A stretch of 63,913 nt of DNA, the filler included, from Folioceros fuciformis (taxonomy: Eukaryota), in the NCBI GenBank assembly GCA_049999805.1. It is 16 parts of 16 records of this genome, joined end to end, with 100 filler letters (N's around TTAATTAATTAA, not from the genome) between each part and the next. Parts side by side here need not be neighbours in the genome. Positions count along the whole stretch, not along the records: positions 39,523 to 41,331 come from JBNGIO010006732.1; positions 41,432 to 52,627 come from JBNGIO010006733.1; 14 more parts are not named here. One strand, given 5' to 3'. The notes under the pieces were generated by a model, which worked only from the letters and a program-made list of their open reading frames with translations, did no database searches and had not been told where the DNA came from. How positions within the stretch are numbered: the stretch's first letter is position 1; each line of letters opens with the position of its first letter. Of this stretch, positions 39,523-52,343 are shown in pieces. The position numbers were made by a program, and so were the translations under genes.

Positions 39523-41204
39523 GCGTAAGGCGGCGCTGGAACGTAGCCAGGCGGGCCTCAGGCTGATCCATGCCGTGCTGGCCTGCAGGCGAGGCCCAGA
39601 CACGCGCACTGGACGGAAGGGGGGTTGTTTGCCGGGTCGGCTGGCAGCAGCAGCTCAGGCAGCCTGGCCGTCAGTATGTGGGCCAGCTTGGCGGCGGCCA
39701 GCCCAGCAGATTGGGCTGCAGGCAACCAGTGGACCGGCCAGGTGGGTGTTGTCGCCCCAGCAGGACGTTGGAGAGGGGCTGTAGGTAGGGTGCTCCGGGC
39801 ATGGCAGGCTCGGGCAGTACTAAGGCAGGCAGTGGGGCGGCGGGTTAACTGGACCTGCAGGGGTAGTAGGCTGGGAGCCTTTTGGGCTGCGGCAGCGGGC
39901 CAAAGGATTCAGGTGGCCCCTTGGCTGGAGCAGGCGGTAGGGAGCTGGCTTGTGGGCGGCTTGGCTGGTCGGCGAGTAGACCAGCTGCAGGGAAATTCAG
40001 CCAGATAGCCGGGCCGATCCGGTTGGCTGGCAAACGAATTCAAGCCCGGCCGGATCGCTAAGACTGGACGGGGCTGGGATGGCATGATCCAGGCAATCAT
40101 GGCAGGCTAGCCTAAAGCTAGCTGGCACCAAGCGCGGTGAATCCGCTAGGCAGGCAGGCGCGGCTAGCTAGCTCGCTAGATTCGGAAGGCTGGACATGGG
40201 CAGCCAAGGCCGGATCGGGAGGCCGGTAGGCGGCCCAGCAGCAGTCGGAGCCAGGCCAGGTGGGTAGCGACTGGATTGTGGCAAGTCAAAGTGGATCAAG
40301 GGAGGCGTGCATAGGAGGAGGCCGGATCGCCAAGGCAAGTAGTAGCCGGTCCGGTCAAGATCCGGGCCGCGCAGCCGAGCAGGCGGTGGGATCCGGACCA
40401 GTTGGTGAGGTGGGGCTGGGTTGGATCCTAGCAAACCGCTAGTCGGTGGCAGGGGCTGCAGCAAGCAGGCGGGCCTGTGGACCTAGGCAGCCAGGCAGAC
40501 TGGCTGGACCATGGCCAATCGGCGAGATAGCTGAATCATGGCCGAAGCAGCCAGGCTACAGGTAGGCGCTGCCACCGGGCCGGTTGCGGATGGGGCTGGA
40601 GCGGACCCAGGCAGGCTGCGGGCTGGATCCAGCAAGCCGGAGCGGATCAGGCAAGGCGTGTGCTACTGGAGACCGGCGATGCGAGACGTAGGCGACATGG
40701 CTGGGCGGACGGTTGGTCGGCGGCAGGGTCTCAAGCGGGTTGCCTGCGGAATCTAGGCTAGTAGGCGGAGCTAGGACGCGAAGAATCGGGCTCAGCGGGA
40801 TTGAGGCAGGCAAGAGGCAAGCTGGGGCGGCCCAGTCGTGACTAGATTAGCGGCTGATGGCAACCATAGAGCTTGCTGGGGGGAGCCAAGCAGGTCGGGG
40901 AACGGAGGATTCAGCCAGCCAAGCCGACTGGCTGGACCATGGCCAGTCGGCGAGCTGGCTGAGTTGTGGCCGAGGTTGTGGCTGCAGGGGGCGGATTCGG
41001 CCGGAATGGTAGGCCGACTAAAGGTGGCCTTACAGTAGCAGGCTGGCGGGCAGTCAGATGGTAGGCAGATCTGAGTGCTGGCTGGGTCACGGCTGGTAGA
41101 TTAGTCGGGGGGGGGCAAGAAGTTGCTCTTGCAACTCGGGTGGAATCATGGGCCGGATCAGGGTGGAACACCAACCGGGGTGCAGCAAGGAAGGAGGACT
41201 GGCC
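39523..41204. repeat. GC-rich low-complexity repetitive region, probably transposon-derived
   Basis: Dense GGCAG/GCCGG/GGCTGG motifs; diverged ~55-bp duplication (about 40492-40547 and 40920-40975); no credible protein. Confidence 0.4.
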
Positions 41205-41331
41205 GGATGAGTAAGGGCCAGGCACGGGATGAGTAAGGGCAAGGCACGGGATGAGTAAGGGCCAGGCATGGGATGAGTAAGGGTCAGGCACGGGATGAGT
41301 AAGGGCCAGGCACGGGATGAGTAAGGGCCAG
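41205..41331 (+). repeat. 22-bp tandem minisatellite (GGATGAGTAAGGGCCAGGCACG), about 6 copies, running into a gap
   Basis: Head-to-tail units with single substitutions and no spacers. Confidence 0.92.
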
Positions 41332-42764
41332 NNNNNNNNNNNNNNNNNNNNNNNNNNNNNNNNNNNNNNNNNNNNTTAATTAATTAANNNNNNNNNNNNN
41401 NNNNNNNNNNNNNNNNNNNNNNNNNNNNNNNGCCCAACCCTCACCCTGCCCGTTGCCACGCTCTCGCAAAGCCCGCCTTCCACACCGCGCGCTTTCCCTT
41501 TCCTTGCGCTGCGTTTGCACTCGCAGCCGAGCGAGTCGTCTCGGGTCTAGTCTAGGCAAGCCGATAGAGTCCGAGCTGAGTACAGCGTTCTGCCCGAAAC
41601 GAAAGAGCTTATTTCGCAGCTTTCCTCCCCCTTTTGAGCTCCTCCCGTTGCATGGCCCAGCTTGTTAATTTAATACTGGGCAAGCAAGGGTGAGTGATTG
41701 AAACGGAAACCGACTCAAATGCAGCAAAATTGGCTTCTAGCCTGTGCGGCGCTCATCCACGATCCACAACTGTCGCAAAGGTTCCTCTTTCGCCTCCGCC
41801 GTCGATCCCACCACGGATAGGATCGCGCATTTCTAGAGCCTTCGGCGGAAGTTAGGGCGCAGCTTCAGTAACTCGAGGTCCAGTAACTCCGCAAAACCCT
41901 AGGCTGCCTCTTGTGAGCGGAAGCAAAGTGACTTAGGGCACCGATACCCCGACTTTGGGGTCTGGTGACCTCCGCTGTACGACCTAACTAACGTAGGGCT
42001 CGCGGTTGCACGGAACATAACGACCATATCGCTGCCACTGGTTTCGCGCTTCGGGACCGTCGAAGATGAAAAAAAGTCGCTTCCCGGGAATCTGCGCCAC
42101 CGGAATCTCAATTTCACACATTTCATTTGTGCCGCTCAGTCATCTCCGCTGGCCTAACCTGGAGGCGTATGATGTCGTCGTCTGCCAGGCACAGCATACT
42201 ACCTTGTACTAACGTCGGAGTCGTCTCTCACACCTTATCCTCATGATATCATAGCCTTTGCCGCTCCTCCACTTGAGCTTTGCCTTCGCACCAGCCGAGC
42301 ACGCATCACATGCCAGTGCAGGCCGGCCCCACCGTCTGGAATGGACCTTCAAAATGGCAGGGGGGGTCACTCCCTCTTTCTACACCAGGTCTTCCGGTGT
42401 CAAACTAAATTTTCTGGGTGACAGAGTGACACTATCAGATGCTCAGTATGGGCATCTTCACCAAATTGCTCCTGCGGACCGTACAGCTCTGCTGATGGGA
42501 CCCTGGCTGTCATTGCAGCTGGGGAGACTCCCCAGACAACGTCATGTACACTAGATAGATTGCACAAGGCACAACCAGCCACCCACTCATGTATACAGAA
42601 GAGAGTGCACGCGGTACCTGAGCAGTAGTGGACACCATGTCTCGAGTGAGAGGAATAGGAGTTCGAAGTTTCAACAGGAAGCGACATGCACCCACACAAT
42701 CTACGACGTTTTCCGGTTCGTTTGGAGCAAATCATTCGTCTAACCGTTGTTCGCTTCGCATAGT

Positions 42765-45058
<2,294 letters not shown>

Positions 45059-45662
45059 TTTGTGATGAATGACAGAATCGAAGCCGATTGAAGCATCTGC
45101 GCCGTCTCCTCAGCTGATCTTGATAGGTGCGCAGCCACCACAGCGACAAAATCTGAGATTGGAAATTTCGTTCACGAGAAGTGAAAACTTCGCAACATCG
45201 GTTCACGGCAGTCCCATACCTCAAATCCGTTCGTTAACAGGTCCGTTGATTCGTGAGTCGTCCTTCCTTCGATTCCCGCCCACCGTGGCCTTGAGCGATC
45301 CGACGGCAACTTCTACAATTTCGAAACCCCGCGGGTAAACGATTTAGTACGCTGCCGCGAGAACGGGCTTCTGGTCCCATTGGCACGTCAGTTGACCTAC
45401 CCGTCTCCCGACGTCCGCGCAAAAATTATCTATGTGCATACAAACCGGTGTGCAACTTACGTAACTCAACATATTTTACACAAGTCCTCCAGTATGGAGT
45501 GATATCACACACTGGAAAAGCACAATTCCGCGAAGTGGAAGAGACGGCTCGGCCAAAATTGATTCCATAGACATGGACGACGGGTTGCAACCAACTTCTC
45601 CAGTGGGGAAGTGCAGGCCGGATCGAGACTGATCGGGAATTTCAGAAAGTGGAAGCTATAAT

Positions 45663-47905
45663 CTAGGACAGATTGATATCGTGCATGACAACTCCATTCC
45701 GAAGACCCTGGATATAGCCCCATCTACCAAGCCGTGGCTCCTGTTGCAGGAAACCGACGCTCCGTGAGATAAGTTCCTTGGGGAGCAAGGAATGCAAGAA
45801 CTGAAAATGGGAGGTGCATACCTGGCCAACTCCAGCAAGCAGGAAGCGGCCACTGTGCGCGAACTTCAGAGAGTTGACGAACCCTTTCTGCTTGACAAAG
45901 TCATTTCGGTGAGGATATGGTGTCACATCACAGGACCCACAGTGGATGAGGCTGAGAGCTGATACTTACAACGGGGAGACCGTGCAGTCGTCGAATACTC
46001 TTGTTCCCGTCTTCCAAAGCCCAGAGTTGTACTATCCCATCACCTGCGCCTGATGCAACCAGGTCGCTTCCGCGGCAAACAGCAACCGCACCCACCCACT
46101 GTGCCGCAGCTCCCTGGGGAGCTGGTGGGGTTTGTGAATGTAATGGCTCGCCGTCGCTTGCATCTGATCAGCATTGCCACATTAGTAACTTGGAAGAGTT
46201 GAAGTTGGCTGTGACCCGTGGACCGGCGACCGTAAGGTACGCTTACATGTTTGCCCGTTCGCAGAGCCATTTGCCATCGCCTTCGAGGATGCTGCAATGA
46301 GAGGTTTCTCGGAGCCGTCTAACTCTGCAGAACTGTGATCGGCAGGCCCAGCACTGCCATGTGCATTGCGCACAATGAATGCAGGCTTCTTCCGCAACGC
46401 ACTCCACAGAGCAATAGAGCCATCATCGGACCCTGACAAGAATTCCCCATTTGACAGGAAGCAACAACTTTCCATTGAAGGACCATGACCTCTGAAGACA
46501 AGCTGCGTCTCTTCTGGAACCTGCAAAGATTTCAACATCCATCTTAGCCAGCAACTCATGACAAAGGATAGTCGACCAGAACGACTGTATAACGACTATG
46601 TGTTCACGGCAGTCTGTAGAAGTGTTAACTTGCCCCCTCCAAACTGAACACCGGAAAACGGGTGCTCCTCACCTTCCACAGTCGTAAAGTTCGATCCCGA
46701 CCTGCAGAAAACACCCTCTCCTGAAGAAGGCAATCTATCGACACAACTTCACTTTGATGTCCATACAGAGTGTCTATATAAGCCCTGTCGTCCACACTCC
46801 ACAACTTAATAGTCCTATCAAACGCCCCCGATATCAATTGTTGTGTCCCCAGTCTGAAGGCCAAACTAGACACAGCTCCTTTATGACCAGGGAAGGCCTG
46901 CGAAGTCCCAACAACACCTCCAAATCAAGCTCTGCCCATAGACACCACACTCCCCTAAGATGCACCCTTAACCTCACCAGCCAAGTAAGCTGCAGAACAA
47001 ACCCACTTACTACCTGAATATGCTCTCGAGTTCTGGTGTCCCAAACGTGTACGGTACGATCGAGACCACCGGAGGCCAGATACCTTCCATCCGAGCTAAC
47101 AGCTATAGTCAACACATGTCGACTGCTACCCTTCTTCCTTCCTTGATTTCCATGAGACTGTGCCCCAGAATTTTTCCCTGAAGTTGAAGCTTCACCACTA
47201 GGCCACTCATACTTCTCACTCTTCCCCGACTCTACATCCCAATGAACAATGAGGCCGTCCTTCGACGCCGAAAAACCCCTAGAATCATCTTCTGTCAACG
47301 CCACTGCCGTAACTGTCCGTCTATGCCGCCGACCGACATACCTTCCCTCCCCTGTTTCCGAAGGTTCCACAACCCTAGATTCAGAAATGCCAACAGCAAA
47401 CAAGCAGCACAGCACTCAGTGCTCGCATCAACTTATACAAAATTTCGATGAATCTAGCCCCAACGCAGCCAATCAACTAGCTGTACCTGGCAGCTATCTT
47501 CCGCTGCACTCGGCCGCTCTCCTCCAGCTGCTGCTGCTTCAGCAAGTCAGCTACTAGGGAGTCCCTATTCCCTGCATTGCTTTTCTCCCTGTCAGCTTCA
47601 TCCCCGCCGTCCTCAGCAGCCGCAGCTACAGCCTGCCGCACCTTGTCCAAATAAACCGAGGCCAATCTCAATTTCTTCTCCTCTGCAGTCTCTTCCCTCT
47701 CCTTCGCTCGCTGCTCCTCCTCCTCATCGTCTTGAACTTCATCATCCCCCCGCTCACTCCCCTCCTCATGATCGCTAGCCAGCTCCTCGTCTCCATTTTG
47801 CTGGAAAAATTCATCTTTCCGCTGCCCGCCTGAGGACGATCCTCTTCGCTTCTTCCGCTTGGAAATGTCCTGCGTCCACTCTTTTCTCTTTCTCGCCTTC
47901 GCCAT
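45663..47905 (-). CDS. RRP9: U3 snoRNP-associated WD40 protein U3-55K/RRP9 (YAO-like), multi-exon
   Basis: Acidic N-terminus, ETAEEKKLRLA, WD repeats (GFSASKDG, YLASGGLDRTVHVWD, LWKVPEETQLVFRG), VGQEPRLGRW. Confidence 0.93.
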
Positions 47906-48349
47906 GGCCACAGCCTCAGGAACTAAGCAGACCTCACCAGGCCAAGGTTTTGGGTTTAACAATAGGGCATTGGTAGGATACACATGTAGAACTGTTAAAA
48001 GGCCTCAAATAGTACGTAACAGCTACATTCCCATTAGTCATTAGTAATTAACTAAGCTTAACTGAATCAGGTCACAAAAGGCATGCGTAGATAGATAACA
48101 GTGTGAATGTCATGGGCAATTTCACATTTCCAGCTTGGGGCCTCCCATGCGGACCGTGATGGGAGGAACCCATTCTTCCACGATCTGTGACGACTCTGAG
48201 AGTCGTTGCGAGTCTCATCTGCAATGTTTCAAGCAGTTCCCCCCTGGCTGTGGACTGAAATAGTTTTTGGAATTGAAATTCCAGGACTCATGGCTGTGTT
48301 CAGCAACCTCAAGGCTTTGTCTCTGTAACTGCGTGAAGGGAGATCCAGT

Positions 48350-51215
48350 ATGTGGCCTCTGAGCAAGCCATCTCTGGCACCACATTTGCCCACTTCTGCC
48401 CACTGTTTCAGCAAGGTGCACCGGAAGATGAGGACTTGTATCCAATCAGAAGCCAGGAGTTCAGCGTGCAAGCATGTGGATGTCTCTGTCCTCCGATCCT
48501 CGTCTAGACATGAACGCGTTGGCCTTCTCAGACGGTTGAGGATGGTGGGGATTACCTCTTCAGTCACTGGAAGAGAGTCGTTGCTGTACATCGATGTCAA
48601 AGCACATGGCATACCTCTGCTGGACAGTTATATTTTAGCTGAGCTTGTTCCTCCTATGATTCTCGGAGTTGCTGCAGCTACTGCATTGGGGATTTTCATG
48701 GGTAAGATAACGCCTGTTCATGTACAGGTGTGGCGGTCTGAATGAAATGACTGGTTTACAGATGGTATCCTGGGATGTGGTATCAGGTGCGGGGCCTGAA
48801 CTTGGCACGTTGGTGGGAGGTTATGGAGTTTCATGGCCAAGCGTGCTGCTTGCTGTGCGGTTTTTCGTTTTGCGAGTTCCTGTGAGTGTTGGGAAAAACT
48901 TTGTTTAGCCGTTGGAGAGCGCCTGGACAGCTTGGTAACTGTGGCTGGTTTGGTTGCAGGTGTACGTTGGATTTGCCCTTCCGATCGCATCTCTGCTAGC
49001 CCCATTGCTTGCCTTTGGACGCATGGAGGCAGACAATGAGATTTTAGGTGGAGCCAGCCTTCAACTTCCTTGCTTAGTCCTGCCGCATTTCGGGTCGGCG
49101 AGAATCTCATCTTACGTGTCCATGGGACTATTGTTTTACGGGCATGCACGACCAAAAATGCAGCTCTCAGATCCTTTGGAGTGACGGCCTGCAGACTGGT
49201 TCGGCCAGTGCTTGTGATGTTTGCTGGAGTTACCATTTTTCATCTCTTCCTCACCGAGGTGCTAGTTTTGTGGTTCATCGGGGATAGAGTTGATTGGCAA
49301 GTCACTGAACCGCGTATCTGAAAGAAGCGGCAGTGCATGTTCGCAGGGTGTGATTCCTAAAGCAAACAGATACGCACGACATTTGAAATCAGAATCTACT
49401 GAGGTCTACGTCCAGGGAAAGGACGCATCTCAGGTATGTTCAGACTTGAGATGCCATGTTGGAGTAGCTAAGTAAACTATCTGCGATGACAGTGTAGGCC
49501 GAAGTGAGGATTTGTGATCAATGTTCCTTGGCAGAGCCGCTTATAGTTTTGTCCAATGTCCACAGGTGAAGTTGAAGATACCTCCACAACCAATTATCTA
49601 CTTGAATTACAGGTATCCCAACGGGGATGGCATAGACTCTGCGCTCTTCTTGAACAACAACAGTCCTTTATCTATGCCTTATTTTTTGTGTTGAGTATAT
49701 GAGCTTATGCAGTTCGTTAGAAGCTGTGGCTCGTATGGCTGCAGGAAGGGCAGCCTGTGGCACTTGTTCTATGCACATAGGCTTGCTGGTGGGCTGTTGC
49801 TGAAGGCAACTCTTGTGGAAATGCAGGTACTGCCCCTGCTGCAGGCATTGTGTTGTGTTGTATATGACACGCTTCATGACCAAAGTTTGAGTGGATGTCG
49901 TTTCTGTATGGCTGAAACAAAAAAAAGCTGTCTGAATGCTTTCTAACAAGTGGAATTATCAGGCGGAAGATTGTCCAAGCGTCTCCTCATTGCCTTCCAA
50001 ATCTTGCGACTGCAAATCAGGTTGGCTTGATTCGTCTTTTAAATTTCTGTTGCGAATGCTCAGAAAGACATTGTTGGCAAAGCTGGAATCAACTATTTTG
50101 CTCAGTGCAAACTGTCTGATTTACAGGCATCAGATTACGTAGAGTGGTGGTCGCCGAGTCCTCGACGTGGGATGCAAGTAGGAATGCCTGGATGTTTAAG
50201 AATGGTGCAGAATATGATATTCGATGGGGTGGCCGTATTAAAGGGATAACTGAGTCAGGTGCACCTTTCAAAGATGACATGCCTGCCTCGCACTCTCTAC
50301 CTACTCCGGCCACATACACTCTGCAGTCTGTGTGCCAGTTCGACCTAAGATGTGAGTCAGACACTGAAAGTTCTCCTGTCCCAGTGCATTCGTACAATTC
50401 CCTTCTGCTCATCGTACTTCTTTACTTCGAATTGCAGACTTCCAGGGACTGACGTCGGCACCTTTGGAACTTGCCAAACTACAGAATGGACGAAATTTTG
50501 ATGACATGACCTTCGAAGAGGTGGGTCCACGGGTATTTCTGGTTTCTTTGAACGGTCGGTCAAAAAATGCTCATTTCACAATTTGGAAGTCGTGCAAATT
50601 GCAGGTGATCAAATTGCAGCAGCTACTGGATGCAAGTAGGAACTTCAGTGAAAGTAGAAAGCTGAAGGTTCGAGACAAACGCGTGTTACTTCTTGTTGAC
50701 TGCAATGAGATGTGATAGTGAGATATCAATTCATACATACAAGTAAGAAGTGTTTGGCGCAGGTGAAGCTTCATCAGAGGATGGCCCTTCCCTTCTCTTG
50801 CCTAGTGTTTGGAGTGGTTGGATCTCTGATCAGCCTGAGCTTACCACGGAAGCTGCACGTGGTGCTTCCCAGAATCGCTTACCCCTTGGGTGCAACGCAC
50901 TTTTTCCTGAGGCAGACCAAAAGCAATCTCTTGCCCTCTCACCCCCATTATTCTGTTGGGGTGCAGGCCGGATTTGTGTGGATGCTTGCTATAGTCTTCA
51001 CTTACTATGTTGTGAATGTTTGGGGATCCCTTCTCGGTCAGGTATGCTTTTTGCAGTTCTAATTCTTGGAGAACCTTTGTATCTTGCTTGACTGGTGTTA
51101 CATCAAGGCTATCGTTCTGCAGTTAAATCTGGTCAACCCATTCATCGGAGCTTGGATGCCCAACTTAGGAGGACTTCTTGCAATTCTGATTCTGCTCCAG
51201 AAGGCACAGACCTAA
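48350..51215 (+). CDS. LptF/LptG (YjgP/YjgQ, Ycf84-like) permease with putative plastid transit peptide; 14 exons, about 481 aa
   Basis: Phase-consistent GT-AG model: 48350-48701, 48787-48881, 48960-49047, 49164-49258, 49347-49433, 49566-49612, 49745-49826, 49963-50020, 50127-50258, 50438-50520, 50605-50667, 50763-50858, 50967-51041, 51123-51215. Motifs LDSYILAELVPP, ALPIASLLAPLLAFGRMEADNEILALRSFGV...RLVRP, LFYA, AESSTWD...AWMFKNG, KLHQRMALPFSCLVFGVVG, PFIGAWMPN. Confidence 0.87.
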
Positions 51216-51258
51216 TCAACTGGAACAACTGCTCAGCCGGGCAAGGCCACTGTTCCTC

Positions 51259-52343
51259 CTAAAGCAGCACCCTAGGATCCTTGACAGCAATTTCGACATG
51301 CATTTTCCTGATTTCCGAGATGGCCCTCCCAGGGTTCAAGCGCTTGGGACAAGCATGAGAACAATTCATGATGGTGTGGCAACGGTAAAGCTTGCCACCC
51401 TTCATCAAAGCCAGAGCCCGCTCCTTGCCGTAGTCGTCCCGCCTGCGTGAACGTGTTCCACAAAACCAAATGTGAGACGTCAAAGTGAGTACAAACCGAC
51501 AAATCTCTGTCTTGCTGGAGGGAAACATACGAATCACCACCGTCTTGCATGCAAAAGCGCACCGGGCCCAAGAAACTGTCAGCCTTCCACCAGTACGAGG
51601 GACAGGCACTGCTACAACAAGCGCACAAGATACACTCGTACATTCCATTCAGCTTCCTTCCTCCTTCCCTTCCGAGACTGGCGGTACTCTCGTCCTTCCG
51701 GAGGACGTCGCTTGGACTTCAACCACGACTCCACTGTCCTGCAACACACATCCGGTGAGAACCACTCCAACCCATCCACACACAAATGTTCTCCTTAGCC
51801 ATCCGAACACCTCACTTGTACTGGTTGTAGAAGTTGGTGAGATCCACCGCCAGATCCTTGACCACGAACATGTGGGACAACGGGGTGATGGTCGTCACCG
51901 CTTTGGGGTCAGGATCCACGGGACAGAGGCAAGCAATGGTGGTCGTGCCATTGATATTCACGGAACACGAACCATACACACCCTCCCGACATGACCGGTA
52001 CACGAGAGTCGAGTCCTGCTCGCCCTTGATCTTCTGCAGCACATCCAGCACGTGGCAAACCCAAGACCCACAACCTCCACTATCAGCAACAAAAATCCTC
52101 CTTCCTGCCACCCAAATCCCACCACACCTCTCACATACCATGGGCCTGCAGTCATCGAAATCCACCTTGTAAGACTGCATGTAAGACCTGCCTCATCTCC
52201 GGATTCCACCGATAGACCTGAAACTCCTTCACGCTCCCACCAGATTTGTGACCACTCTGAAGTCCAGAAGAGACAGCGAAGGCCCTCCACAGGCCCTTGC
52301 AGAAGACCATCTCCAGCGCCCTGCTCCCCAACTTGCAAGCCAT
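51259..52343 (-). pseudogene. SDH2: Succinate dehydrogenase iron-sulfur subunit (SDH2) pseudogene retaining introns
   Basis: [57 protein letters not shown]...CPK; frameshifts near 52195 and 51660; consensus RRSCREGICGSC reads YRSCREGVYGSC. Confidence 0.85.

Noticed and set aside
39570-41291. Many Gly/Ala/Pro/Arg-rich ORFs
   Set aside because: Expected from high GC and low complexity; no domain evidence.
41205-41331. 22-bp array as CRISPR-like
   Set aside because: Contiguous units without unique spacers, no cas genes, eukaryotic context.
48350-51215. LptF/G gene as cyanobacterial symbiont contamination
   Set aside because: 13 spliceosomal introns, an N-terminal leader and contiguity with gamma-tubulin and RRP9 on one contig.
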